Assembly (NCBI GenBank): GCA_041623375.1
Contig: JBFJXA010000001.1
Span: 1 to 56,286, forward strand
DNA length: 56,286 bases
Direction: 5' to 3'
DNA from: Gammaproteobacteria bacterium
Lineage (GTDB): Bacteria > Pseudomonadota > Gammaproteobacteria > Steroidobacterales > Rariloculaceae
Shown: one piece after another, positions 1-9,560 of the stretch
Layout: each line of letters starts with the position of its first letter
Position numbering within the stretch: position 1 is the stretch's first letter
Program-made: the position numbers and the translations under genes
The notes under the pieces: generated by a model
What the model saw: the letters and a program-made list of their open reading frames with translations, nothing else
The model's database searches: none
Told to the model about the DNA's origin: nothing

Positions 1-593
<593 letters not shown>

Positions 594-667
594 TACCTTT
601 TCGATGACACACGCATTTTTAACAAGACTTCGCGCCTCATGCGACGATCGCCAGACCGGATGAACTC

Positions 668-1276
668 ATGAAGCTCTACCATTATTCCAAAAGTCGCTCG
701 ACTCGCGTGCTCTGGCTGCTCGAGGAGCTCGGCCTCGACTATGAGGCCGAGATGCTGCCGTTCGACGCGCGCGCGTTTCACCTCCCTGATCATCTGGAAG
801 TCGAGTCATACGGAAAGCTGCCGATTCTCGTCGATGGCGCCTCGTCGATGAGCGAGTCGATCGCGATCGTGACGTATATTCTGGATCGCTACGGCGAAGG
901 CCGGCTCGAGCCCGATCGTGCATCGGCCGAATATGGCACTTTTCTCGAGTGGATTCAGTTCGGCGAGCGCTCGCTCATGGATCCGTTGTCGTTGCTCGTG
1001 CAGCATACGGCGCTGCTTCCCGAGGCTGAGCGGGATCGCGAGGCGGCTGACAAGGCTCGGCGCGTATTCAAGCATTTCGTAAGGTCGATCGACGAAGCGC
1101 TGGAAGGCCGGGACTATCTAATGGGCGACGATTTCTCGGCCGCGGACATCGTCGTCGGTTATGCGCTGTTCATCGCCGAGGAGTTCGGCGTCTTCCCGCG
1201 TGGTCTTGACAACGTGCGCGCCTACTACGACCGGCTCAGCGAGCGTCAGGCGTTCAAGGCCGCCACGGCCGAGTAG
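668..1276 (+). CDS. Glutathione S-transferase family protein
   Basis: 202-aa ORF. It has an N-terminal thioredoxin-like GST fold signature (MKLYHY..S.STRVLWLLEELGLDYE, KLPILVDG..MSESIAI) and a C-terminal alpha domain. GC3 is high. Confidence 0.85.
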   Translation: MKLYHYSKSRSTRVLWLLEELGLDYEAEMLPFDARAFHLPDHLEVESYGKLPILVDGASSMSESIAIVTYILDRYGEGRLEPDRASAEYGTFLEWIQFGERSLMDPLSLLVQHTALLPEAERDREAADKARRVFKHFVRSIDEALEGRDYLMGDDFSAADIVVGYALFIAEEFGVFPRGLDNVRAYYDRLSERQAFKAATAE

Positions 1277-1281
1277 AGGAG

Positions 1282-1591
1282 TGGTGGGCCCGGTAGGACT
1301 CGAACCTACGACCAAGGGATTCACTCGGCCCCGCCGTTTCCGGCGGGAGTGGACTATCTCTTCACCCGCAACGGCACGCTGCTAGGGTGCGGGACGCTCG
1401 ATGCCTGTCATTAAGAGCGCTGAAGCTCTCAGGTAGTCTCTGCACCTTCCGGCGGTGTACCGCCGGCTTGGCTCAGGGTTGCCGGCTCGTGCGCTACGGT
1501 TCCCCTGAATTCATCCCGTCCACTTCGCGCCTTTCGACGCGAAGGCACCTTTCGATGAGTCCCCTGCTCTAACCAACTGAGCTACAGGCCC
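1282..1591 (-). tRNA. tRNA-Ile(CAU) (ileX-like, lysidine type) gene split by an intron. Exon 1 = 1591..1555, exon 2 = 1321..1282, CCA encoded
   Basis: Minus-strand exon 1 is GGGCCUGUAGCUCAGUUGGUUAGAGCAGGGGACUCAU. Exon 2 is AAUCCCUUGGUCGUAGGUUCGAGUCCUACCGGGCCCACCA. Joined, they give a 77-nt cloverleaf. Acceptor stem is GGGCCUG/CGGGCCC, D stem GCUC/GAGC and anticodon stem GGGGA/UCCCU. The anticodon loop is CUCAUAA and the T arm is GUAGG-UUCGAGU-CCUAC. The body resembles E. coli tRNA-Ile2 (..GAGCAGGCGACUCAUAAUCGCUUGGUC..) more than elongator tRNA-Met. Confidence 0.85.
1322..1554 (-). ncRNA. Group I self-splicing intron (Azoarcus tRNA-Ile / IC3-like) inserted between tRNA positions 36 and 37
   Basis: 233 nt on the minus strand with the following elements. 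It starts CGAAAG-GUG, and GUG can pair with the exon CAU to give the U.G splice-site pair (P1). P2 is CUUCGCGUC-GAAA-GGCGCGAAG. P4 candidates are UCAGGG/CCCUGA. P6 is CCGGCGG-UACA-CCGCCGG. The core string GAGCCAAGC...GGAAGGUGCAGAGACUA closely resembles the Azoarcus core as I recall it. P7 is GGUGC/GCACC and P9 is CCCGCCG-GAAA-CGGCGGG. The terminal G (omega-G) lies directly before exon 2. Confidence 0.82.
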
Positions 1592-1760
1592 TGACCGGCC
1601 ATATGGTAACACCAGGCCGAAGGGCTCGCGCTCGCCGATCGTGCCCGGCCTCGCTGAGGGACCAAAAAGCTGCAGTTCTATGGCCGGCGGTGCCCGGAAC
1701 TTGACGCAGGTCACACTGCCGGCCCATGCACCCTGAGAGAATATAAAATTACAAGTCGTT

Positions 1761-2765
1761 TTGTGGCCGACCCCCATGCTCGAGGCTCCACACCCTATCG
1801 GGGAAACCGTCCGTCTGTGCTCGCTGCAGAATCTCAAGGTGCTGGACACGCTGCCCGAGGAGCGTTTCGATCGCATCACGCGGCTCGTCGCGCGCGTCTT
1901 CGACGTGCCGATCGCACTGGTCAGCCTCGTCGACGTGGACCGGCAATGGTTCAAGTCCAGGCACGGCTTGGCTGCAGAGGAGACGCCCAGGGAGATCTCT
2001 TTTTGCGGTCACGCGATCCTGGAGGAACGGACTTTCGTAGTTGAGGATGCGGCCAAGGATGAGCGCTTCGCAGATAACCCGCTCGTAACCGGCGAGCCAA
2101 AGATCCGATTCTATGCGGGTCACCCGGTTCATTCGCCGCAAGGCGCGCGCATCGGGACGCTCTGTGTCATCGACCGTAGGCCCCGAACATTCTCGACGGA
2201 GGATGCCGCGAACCTGAAAGGCTTCGCGGACATGGTCGATCACGAGCTGTCGCTGCTTGCGCAGACGACGAGCGATGAGCTGACGCGTATCGCCAATCGA
2301 CGCGGCTTTGCGCAGATTGCGGGCCACATGCTCGCTCTCTGCCATCGTTACGCCAAGCCGGCGACGGTCGTCGGGATCGACCTGGACAAATTCAAGCTCG
2401 TGAACGACACCTACGGACACGAGGCCGGTGATAAAGTCCTCGAGCGGTTCGCGGCGCTGCTCGTGAAAACCTTCCGCGATTCAGATGTCGTCGCGCGCTT
2501 CGGCGGCGACGAGTTTGGAGTCCTGATCAGCTACGCGGTCGCGAGCGAGGTTCGTGCGCGGCTCGATCAGCTGGCGGAAGCCTTCTCCTCCTCGGCGCTG
2601 AAACGGGAGTTCCCGATGCTGTCGTGGAGTGCTGGCCTGGCGGAGTACGATCCCGCGAAGCCGCCCGACCTCGAAGCCCTGCTCGGCCTAGCGGACGCGC
2701 AGATGTACGAGATCAAGCAGGCGCAAACGGCCGATATCGCTCCGCGCGCACAGTCGGGCAGCTAG
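1761..2765 (+). CDS. GAF domain-containing diguanylate cyclase (GGDEF)
   Basis: The N-terminal GAF signature is LDTLPEERFDRITRLVARVFDVPIALVSLVD..RQWFKS..G. The C-terminal GGDEF domain has LTRIANRRGF, DLDKFKLVNDTYGHEAGD and an intact RFGGDEFGVL active site. The start is either TTG 1761 or ATG 1776. Confidence 0.9.
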   Translation: MWPTPMLEAPHPIGETVRLCSLQNLKVLDTLPEERFDRITRLVARVFDVPIALVSLVDVDRQWFKSRHGLAAEETPREISFCGHAILEERTFVVEDAAKDERFADNPLVTGEPKIRFYAGHPVHSPQGARIGTLCVIDRRPRTFSTEDAANLKGFADMVDHELSLLAQTTSDELTRIANRRGFAQIAGHMLALCHRYAKPATVVGIDLDKFKLVNDTYGHEAGDKVLERFAALLVKTFRDSDVVARFGGDEFGVLISYAVASEVRARLDQLAEAFSSSALKREFPMLSWSAGLAEYDPAKPPDLEALLGLADAQMYEIKQAQTADIAPRAQSGS

Positions 2766-2840
2766 CGCTTGCTCGCCCACGAACCGTCGTAAAGGCCGGA
2801 CCGCTGCCGATTCTGAGCGCTGGCCGTCCCTCCATTAGTG

Positions 2841-2896
2841 CGGACAAGGTGTCAGGTTTATTATTCCCGTGAATAATAAACCTGACACCTTGTCCG
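2841..2896. repeat. Perfect inverted repeat: 26-bp arms and a 4-nt loop (CGGACAAGGTGTCAGGTTTATTATTC-CCGT-GAATAATAAACCTGACACCTTGTCCG)
   Basis: Read directly: the two arms are exact reverse complements. The centre is AT-rich in an otherwise GC-rich context. The repeat ends at the start of the GGGAGG Shine-Dalgarno of the gene starting at 2912. Confidence 0.95.
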
Positions 2897-2911
2897 GGAG
2901 GGCACACCAAC

Positions 2912-3859
2912 ATGAAACGCGCAACACTGATCACCTTGCTCACGCTGACTGGCGTACTCTCCACGGCCAACGCTCAGTCTTGGCGGCCGCCGGCTGAGGC
3001 AGACCGCTGCCCGTCCAAGTGGGGCGCCGGTGATGAGCGCGGCTCGGCGAATCACATGGGCACGGCCAGCGTGCTGCGGGCCGCTCGACTCATTCGCGAG
3101 GGTGAGGTCGTCGAGCTCGGCAACGAGCTGCACAGCGGCATACCGCTCGGTTCGCGCCACTTCGATATGTTCGTCAAGCCGACCGCGATGAACCCGGCCA
3201 GCAACCGCAGAGGGTCCAATGAGGAGCTCGTCGTCACGGAGCTCGGCCAGGTTGGCACACAGCTCGACGGCTTCGCCCATCAGTCGATCGGCGATACGTT
3301 CTACAACTGCTTTCGCGTCTCGGAGATTCTGACGCGCGATGGTTTCACGCGGCTCGGAATCGAGAACGTCGGCATGCTCATGACGCGCGGCGTGCTGCTC
3401 GACATCGCCGGCCTCAAGGGCGTTCAGATTCTCGACGCAGACTACGCGATCACGGTCGAGGATCTCGAGCAGGCGCTGCAGCGCGCCGACCTGACGCTCG
3501 AGCCCGGCGATGCCGTGATCGTCAACACCGGCTGGGGACGGCTATGGACGCGCGACGTCGAGCGTTTTCTCGGCCCGGCGCCGGGTTTGAGCGTGGCCGC
3601 GGCCGAATGGCTCGCGGAACACGATCCGATGATCGTCGGGGCCGACAACCAGCCCGTGGAGATTCAGCCGCATCCGGACCCTACCATCTCTCTGCCCGTG
3701 CATCAGATCATGCTCGCCGTCAACGGGATACATATATTGGAGCGGCTGCGACTGGAGGAGCTCGTCGAGCGCGAAGTCTACGAGTTCGCGTTCGTCATGC
3801 AGCCGTTACCGATTCGCGGCGCGACGGGATCGACTGTCGCACCGGCCGCGATCTACTGA
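2912..3859 (+). CDS. Secreted cyclase-family protein (PF04199-like, kynurenine formamidase/arylformamidase superfamily)
   Basis: It has a signal peptide, MKRATLITLLTLTGVLSTANA-QS. The body shows the cyclase-family pattern (..GDERGSANH.., GTQLDGFAHQ, VIVNTGWG, PVHQIML..GI.ILE.L.L). GGGAGG lies 11 nt upstream of the ATG. Confidence 0.7.
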   Translation: MKRATLITLLTLTGVLSTANAQSWRPPAEADRCPSKWGAGDERGSANHMGTASVLRAARLIREGEVVELGNELHSGIPLGSRHFDMFVKPTAMNPASNRRGSNEELVVTELGQVGTQLDGFAHQSIGDTFYNCFRVSEILTRDGFTRLGIENVGMLMTRGVLLDIAGLKGVQILDADYAITVEDLEQALQRADLTLEPGDAVIVNTGWGRLWTRDVERFLGPAPGLSVAAAEWLAEHDPMIVGADNQPVEIQPHPDPTISLPVHQIMLAVNGIHILERLRLEELVEREVYEFAFVMQPLPIRGATGSTVAPAAIY

Positions 3860-3895
3860 GGACACCAGACGGCGGACGAAGGCGGCAATGAAGAA

Positions 3896-3927
3896 GGGCG
3901 CACGGCCCGTCGTGGCCCGCGCGCCCC
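3896..3927. terminator. Imperfect GC-rich hairpin between the convergent cyclase-family gene and rpoD (possible bidirectional terminator)
   Basis: GGGCGCACGGCC-CGTCGT-GGCCCGCGCGCCC is imperfectly complementary and has no clear U-tract. Confidence 0.3.
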
Positions 3928-3943
3928 GGATTGATCGCGACGC

Positions 3944-5764
3944 TCAGTCTTCGAGCAGGAAGCTGCGCAGCTGATCCGAGCGTGAGGGATGGCGCAGCTT
4001 GCGCAGCGCTTTCGCCTCGATCTGGCGAATGCGCTCGCGTGTGACGTCAAACTGCTTGCCGACCTCCTCGAGTGTGTGATCGGTGTTCATGTCGATACCG
4101 AAACGCATGCGCAGCACTTTAGCCTCGCGCGGTGTCAGGCCGGCCAGGACGGCGTGAGTCGTTTCCTTGAGACCTTCCGACGTCGCTGAATCGACGGGCG
4201 AGGAGATCTCCGCGTCCTCGATGAAATCGCCGAGATGTGAATCCTCGTCGTCGCCGATCGGTGTCTCCATCGAGATCGGCTCCTTGGCGATCTTCAGCAC
4301 CTTGCGGACCTTGTCCTCGGGCATGTCCATGCGCTCGGCGAGCTCGTCCGGCGTCGGCTCGCGACCCATCTCCTGGAGCATCTGCCGCGAGATGCGGTTG
4401 AGCTTGTTGATGGTCTCGATCATGTGCACGGGAATGCGAATCGTGCGTGCCTGATCGGCGATGGACCGCGTGATGGCCTGGCGAATCCACCAGGTCGCAT
4501 ACGTCGAGAATTTGTAGCCTCGGCGATACTCGAATTTGTCGACGGCCTTCATGAGGCCGATGTTGCCTTCCTGAATCAGATCGAGGAACTGCAAGCCGCG
4601 GTTCGTATATTTCTTCGCGATCGAGATGACCAGGCGCAAATTGGCTTCGACCATCTCCTTTTTCGCGCGTCGCGCTTGAGCCTCGCCCATGGAAATCTCG
4701 CGATTGATGTCCTTGATCTCACCGATTTGCAGGCATGTCAGGGACTCGAGCTTTTGCAGGCGCTTTTGTGCTCTGAGAATATCGTCCTTGAGCCTGGCGA
4801 GCTGCGAGGAGTGCTTGCGCTTGGCGCGAATGTGCTTGTCGACCCACTTGAGATTTGTTTCGTTCTTCGGAAAGCTCGCAATGAAGTCCTTGCGCGGCAT
4901 TTTCGCGTCACGCACGCACAGCGCCATGACTTGACGCTCGAGGCTGCGGATGCCGTTCACGGTATCGCGCAACGAGGCGACCATGACCTCGAACAGCTTC
5001 GGCGCGAGCTTGATTTCCATGAACTCGGCAGTGAGGTTGCGCAACGTTTTTTGCGTAGAGGCGTGCTTGATGCCGTGCTTGAGCAGCATGTCGACGTAGC
5101 GCTTGTGCAGGCGGCGCACCTTCTTCATGCGCTTGGCAACTTCTGCCGGGTCCGGGCCCGTGTCGGGGGTCTCGTCGGAGTCGTCATCGGATTTCGCGTT
5201 CGGGTCGGCGATCTCGGCATTCGGATCGATGAAGCCGACGATGACGTCTTGCAGGCGCATCTCTTCGGACATGACGTGGTCGTAGTTCGTCAGCAAGAGG
5301 TCGATGGCAGGCGGGAACTGCGCCAGCGCTGCACGGACCTGGTCGAGTCCCTCCTCGATGCGCTTGGCAATGCGGATCTCGCCTTCGCGTGTCAGCAGCT
5401 CCACCGTGCCCATCTCGCGCATGTACATGCGCACGGGGTCCGTCGTGCGGCCGAACTCGCTGTCGACGGTCGCCAGCGCCGCGGCCGCTTCCTCGGTGTC
5501 ATCGTCGCTGGATACTGCGGAATCCGACAGCACGACAGACTCGGCGTCGGAGGCCTTCTCGTAAACCGTGATCCCCATATCGTTGATCATGTTGACGATA
5601 TCCTCGATCTGTTCCGGATCGACGATCTCGCTCGGCAGATGATCGTTGACCTCGCCGTAGGTCAGATAGCCCTGCTCCTTGCCTTTGGCAATGAGCAGCT
5701 TGAGCTGCGATTGGCGCTCGTCTTCGGCGGGGGGTTGTGCTTGTGCAGTCGTCGCTTTTTCCAT
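3944..5764 (-). CDS. rpoD: RNA polymerase sigma factor RpoD (sigma-70)
   Basis: 606 aa with an acidic region 1. It contains the exact conserved blocks [54 protein letters not shown] and [33 protein letters not shown]. Confidence 0.97.
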   Translation of the reverse strand: MEKATTAQAQPPAEDERQSQLKLLIAKGKEQGYLTYGEVNDHLPSEIVDPEQIEDIVNMINDMGITVYEKASDAESVVLSDSAVSSDDDTEEAAAALATVDSEFGRTTDPVRMYMREMGTVELLTREGEIRIAKRIEEGLDQVRAALAQFPPAIDLLLTNYDHVMSEEMRLQDVIVGFIDPNAEIADPNAKSDDDSDETPDTGPDPAEVAKRMKKVRRLHKRYVDMLLKHGIKHASTQKTLRNLTAEFMEIKLAPKLFEVMVASLRDTVNGIRSLERQVMALCVRDAKMPRKDFIASFPKNETNLKWVDKHIRAKRKHSSQLARLKDDILRAQKRLQKLESLTCLQIGEIKDINREISMGEAQARRAKKEMVEANLRLVISIAKKYTNRGLQFLDLIQEGNIGLMKAVDKFEYRRGYKFSTYATWWIRQAITRSIADQARTIRIPVHMIETINKLNRISRQMLQEMGREPTPDELAERMDMPEDKVRKVLKIAKEPISMETPIGDDEDSHLGDFIEDAEISSPVDSATSEGLKETTHAVLAGLTPREAKVLRMRFGIDMNTDHTLEEVGKQFDVTRERIRQIEAKALRKLRHPSRSDQLRSFLLED

Positions 5765-5891
5765 ATTCAGCCCAGCGTCCTCACTCTGTTAGACCGAAGT
5801 AAAATTAACCAACCATCGTAGCCCAATTTCCGGGCCTGTTCTAGCAATCGAATCTCAAAAAAGTCGCAAACAGCCGGCGAAAACGGGCCAT

Positions 5892-7640
5892 TCAGGCCTC
5901 CGAGGGGCCGGCCCGGGCGCTGGCGGCCTGCAGCTCGCGGATTTCGGCCTTTTCTTCATCGCTGAGGCTGCCTCCCCGCGACAGGAGCGCGCTCAAGCGC
6001 TCGCGACGAAAAGCCGCGACGATGCGCTCGGCGCAGTCCCGCAGCACCTCTGCGGCAACCGCCTCGTCATCGAGCGGGGCGGCCGCTGCGAGCTGCCCGA
6101 GGTGGCGTCCTTCGGCATCGTGGCGAAAACGCTCGATCAGCCCCGCTGTATTAATGTTGGGCTGTGCGGCCGTGACTTCAAGTACCTGACACAGCAGCGC
6201 AATGCCGGGCTGCTCGACGTGCTCGAGGCCATCGACCGGACCGATCCGCGCCGCGGCTTCGGGGTGGTGTACGGCAAGCGTCAGGGCCTTGCGAACGAGG
6301 TTCGAGCGCAACGCCCGGGTCGGCGTTCGCTCGCGTACGGGTGGAGCGGGGCTCGGCGCGGGCGTCGAGAGCAGCATACCGAGACGCTCGGCGGACGTGC
6401 CGAGCCGCTCGGCGAGCTGCTGCAGTAGCCGGTCGCGATAAATCCCGTCGGGAAGCCTGGCGAGCAACGGCTCGACGAGCGCGACGAGTCGCGATTGCCC
6501 GTCGGTGCTGGAAAGATCGACCTGACTGCTAAGCGCCTCGATCAGGAAGGTCGACAGGGGTAACGCTGCGTCGATGAGCGACTCGAACGGTGCCTTGCCC
6601 TGCTCGCGAACCAGCGAGTCGGGGTCGTGGCCTTCGGGTAACAGCAGAAAACGGATCTCGACCGTGCCGCCGGCCATCGGCAGGGCCGTCTCCAGTGCCC
6701 GCCACGCCGCGGCGCGGCCGGCGCGATCGCCGTCGAAGCAGAACACGACGCGATCCGTGAGACGCGTCAGCCGGCGGATGTGCTCCGCCGTCGTTGCAGT
6801 GCCGAGCGTGGCAACGACGGGCTCGATGCCGTGTTGGGCGAGACTCGCGACGTCGAGATAACCCTCGACGACGAGTATCTGCTCGGGGCGGCCCGGCACC
6901 TGACGCGCTTCGTACAGCCCGTAGAGCGCCCGACCCTTGTGAAAGACGGGCGTCTCCGGGGAGTTCAAATACTTGGGCTCGCCGCTGCCGAGCACACGTC
7001 CGCCGAATCCGATCACGCGACCGCGTGGATCACGGATCGGGAACATGATGCGGTCGCGGAAGCGGTCGTATTGGCGGCCCTGCTCGTTCTTGATGATGAG
7101 CCCGGCGTCTCTGAGTCGTTCGATGCGCGCCGGGCTGGAGCCGAGCGCCTCGAGGACGCTGTCCCAGGCGTCCGGGGCGTAGCCCATGCCGAAACGGGCC
7201 GCCGTCTGACCGTCGATGCCACGCCCTTTGAGATAGTCGATTGCCGTCTGGCTATCGCGCAGGGCCTGGCGGTAAAGCGCATCGGCGCGACCGAGCAGAT
7301 CGTACAAGTCGTGCGTCGGTGCGCGTTCTTCTGACGGTGCCGTTCTCGGCACCTCGACGCTGCAGATGTCTGCGAGCGCGTCCACGGCGTCGAGAAACTC
7401 GAGGTTGTCGTACTGCATGAGAAATCCGAGCGCGGTGCCATGGGCGCCGCAGCCGAAGCAGTGGTAAAAACCCTTCGTCGGACTGACCGTGAACGAGGGC
7501 GTTTTCTCGGCGTGGAACGGACAGCAGGCTTTGTACTCGCGCCCGGCCTTCGTGAGCGACACGCGATTGCCGATAATCTCGACGATGTCCGCTCGCGCGA
7601 TGAGATCGTCGATGAAGCTTTGCGGTATCCGCTGGCTCAT
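5892..7640 (-). CDS. dnaG: DNA primase
   Basis: Zinc-ribbon motif CCPFHAEKTPSFTVSPTKGFYHCFGCGAHG, a TOPRIM region (EGYLDV..L.Q.G, FDGDRAGR) and a DnaB-binding C-terminus. I place the start at the internal ATG (7640, MSQRIPQSFIDDL...) rather than at the ORF-track start 7706. Confidence 0.93.
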   Translation of the reverse strand: MSQRIPQSFIDDLIARADIVEIIGNRVSLTKAGREYKACCPFHAEKTPSFTVSPTKGFYHCFGCGAHGTALGFLMQYDNLEFLDAVDALADICSVEVPRTAPSEERAPTHDLYDLLGRADALYRQALRDSQTAIDYLKGRGIDGQTAARFGMGYAPDAWDSVLEALGSSPARIERLRDAGLIIKNEQGRQYDRFRDRIMFPIRDPRGRVIGFGGRVLGSGEPKYLNSPETPVFHKGRALYGLYEARQVPGRPEQILVVEGYLDVASLAQHGIEPVVATLGTATTAEHIRRLTRLTDRVVFCFDGDRAGRAAAWRALETALPMAGGTVEIRFLLLPEGHDPDSLVREQGKAPFESLIDAALPLSTFLIEALSSQVDLSSTDGQSRLVALVEPLLARLPDGIYRDRLLQQLAERLGTSAERLGMLLSTPAPSPAPPVRERTPTRALRSNLVRKALTLAVHHPEAAARIGPVDGLEHVEQPGIALLCQVLEVTAAQPNINTAGLIERFRHDAEGRHLGQLAAAAPLDDEAVAAEVLRDCAERIVAAFRRERLSALLSRGGSLSDEEKAEIRELQAASARAGPSEA

Positions 7641-7738
7641 TGGAGAGACTCGCGCGCCCACGGCGCTCTCGGTCAGATTAGGGCGGCCTCTAGCATAGCA
7701 GCGCAACCCGTGCAGGCCGCGCGAGGCGCGCTCCGCGC

Positions 7739-8191
7739 TCAGCTCGCGCTGAGTCGTGAGCGGACGATCTGGGAAACCTGGCCCATGTCGACACGCCCGG
7801 CGGCTTTTTTCTTTATCTCGGCCATCACGCGGCCCATGTCGCTCGGTGCGGCTGCGCCCGTATTCTCGATTGCCTCGCCGATCAGAGCCGTCAACTCGGC
7901 TTCGCCGAGCGGCTCCGGCAGATAGGCTCTGATGACGTCGATCTCGGCCGTTTCCTTCGCGACGAGATCGCCGCGGCCGCCGCGCTCGAACTGACCAATG
8001 GCGTCCTGGCGCTGTTTGACCATCTTCTCGAGAATGCCCAGCACGGTGGTGTCGTCGAGCGTCTCACGCGAGTCGACCTCGCGTTGCTTAATCGCGGCCA
8101 TGACCATGCGCAACACGCCCAGACGGTCCCGGTCACCCGCTTTCAGGGCGGCCTTCACGTCGTCCTGGAGGCGTTCCTTCGTCGAGGGCAT
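7739..8191 (-). CDS. GatB/YqeY domain-containing protein
   Basis: 150 aa. The pattern L..D.K.A.KA.D..R...LR....A.KQ.EVD and the C-terminal ..MG.VM...K....GR.D...VS..V are typical of YqeY. Its position between rpsU and dnaG is common. Confidence 0.85.
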   Translation of the reverse strand: MPSTKERLQDDVKAALKAGDRDRLGVLRMVMAAIKQREVDSRETLDDTTVLGILEKMVKQRQDAIGQFERGGRGDLVAKETAEIDVIRAYLPEPLGEAELTALIGEAIENTGAAAPSDMGRVMAEIKKKAAGRVDMGQVSQIVRSRLSAS

Positions 8192-8202
8192 TCAGCGGGG
8201 GA

Positions 8203-8418
8203 TTAGTAGAGTCGCTTGCGTCGCGAGGCCAGCTTCGAGCTGCGCTTCATGTGGCGCTTGACCGCTGCGGCCTTCTTTCGCTTTCGCTCTTGCGTCGGTT
8301 TCTCGTAGTATTCCCGCCGGCGAAGCTCGGTCAGGACGCCGGCTTTCTCACACGCACGCTTGAATCGCCGCAGGGCGGCATCGAAGTGCTCGCTTTCTCT
8401 AACTCGAACGCCTGGCAT
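8203..8418 (-). CDS. rpsU: 30S ribosomal protein S21
   Basis: [58 protein letters not shown]... is a near-canonical S21. The start is the internal ATG at 8418, not the ORF-track start 8448. Confidence 0.95.
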   Translation of the reverse strand: MPGVRVRESEHFDAALRRFKRACEKAGVLTELRRREYYEKPTQERKRKKAAAVKRHMKRSSKLASRRKRLY

Positions 8419-8504
8419 CAGATCCTCGTAATACAGACAGGCCGGCATGTGCCGGCGCTGAGCCGAAGGATAATATCCCGTAGGATGTAGATCTGTAAAG
8501 GCAT

Positions 8505-9560
8505 GTGGACCCGCGCGTGAACATACTCGGTATCGAAACGAGCTGCGACGAAACCGGCGTTGCCGTCTACGATCCGGACCGCGGGCTGCTGGCCGAAGCG
8601 CTGTTCAGCCAGATCGAGATTCACAAGCCTTTCGGTGGCGTCGTGCCGGAACTGGCCTCGCGCGATCACGCGGCGCGGCTCGCGCCCATGATTCGCGACG
8701 TGGTCGCAGAGTCAGGCCTCGACGTCACCGATCTGACGGCGATCGCCTACACGGGTGGCCCCGGGCTGATCGGCGCACTCATGGTCGGCGGCTCGCTCGC
8801 CGCGAGCATGGGGCTCGCGCTCGGCATTCCGGCGCTGGCCGTGCACCATATGGAAGCGCACCTGCTGGCCGCGATGCTCGAGGGTGAGCCGCCCGAGTTC
8901 CCATTCCTCGCGTTGCTCGTTTCCGGCGGACACACGCAGCTCGTACGCGTGCGCGACCACGGCGACTACACGACGCTCGGCGCGACGCTCGACGATGCGG
9001 CCGGGGAGGCTTTCGACAAGGTCGCCCGGCTGCTGGACCTGCCGTACCCGGGAGGGCCGGCACTCGCGGCCCTGGCTGAGCACGGGAATCCGGCGGCGTT
9101 CGACTTGCCGCGACCCCTCAAGAACAAGGGGCTCGATCTGAGCTTCAGTGGGCTCAAGACCGCCGTGCGCCTGCTCGTCGAGAAGCATGGCGACGGCGCG
9201 AATGGCGGCGCGCTGGCCGAGTCGCTGCGCGCCGATGTCGCCGCATCGTTTCAGGCTGCCGTCGTCGACACGCTCGCGAACAAGTGCCAACTGGCCATTG
9301 ACGCGACGGGGCTCGAGCGTCTCGTCATCGCCGGCGGGGTCGGCGCGAACCGCTCGTTGCGCGACCGGCTCGAGACGCTGGCCGCGCAGCAGGGTTTTCG
9401 CGTGTATTACCCTAGGCCGAGTCTGTGCACGGACAACGGTGCGATGATCGCGTACGCGGGTTGGCGCCGGCTCGGGGAGGCCTCGCCGGGTATTCCGCAG
9501 ATCGTCGCGCGCCCGCGCTGGCCGCTCGACGATCTCAAGCCCGTCGCCGCGGAGGTATGA
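8505..9560 (+). CDS. tsaD: tRNA N6-adenosine threonylcarbamoyltransferase TsaD (Gcp/Kae1 family)
   Basis: [17 protein letters not shown], ..HHMEAHL.., [10 protein letters not shown] and SFSGLKTAV motifs. It is divergent from rpsU, as in many proteobacteria. The start could also be GTG 8517. Confidence 0.95.
   Translation: MDPRVNILGIETSCDETGVAVYDPDRGLLAEALFSQIEIHKPFGGVVPELASRDHAARLAPMIRDVVAESGLDVTDLTAIAYTGGPGLIGALMVGGSLAASMGLALGIPALAVHHMEAHLLAAMLEGEPPEFPFLALLVSGGHTQLVRVRDHGDYTTLGATLDDAAGEAFDKVARLLDLPYPGGPALAALAEHGNPAAFDLPRPLKNKGLDLSFSGLKTAVRLLVEKHGDGANGGALAESLRADVAASFQAAVVDTLANKCQLAIDATGLERLVIAGGVGANRSLRDRLETLAAQQGFRVYYPRPSLCTDNGAMIAYAGWRRLGEASPGIPQIVARPRWPLDDLKPVAAEV

Noticed and set aside
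1387-1954. ORFs 1387-1572 (+) and 1511-1954 (-) over the tRNA/intron locus.
   Set aside because: They are explained by the intron-containing tRNA-Ile gene. They are short, have no ribosome binding site or motif, and cross RNA structural elements.
4424-5821. A 465-aa ORF antisense to rpoD.
   Set aside because: It lies entirely opposite a gene with unmistakable sigma-70 motifs. Its translation is low-complexity (rich in Arg, Leu, Ala, Asp and Gly) with no recognisable domain. Long stop-free antisense frames are expected in DNA of about 64% GC.
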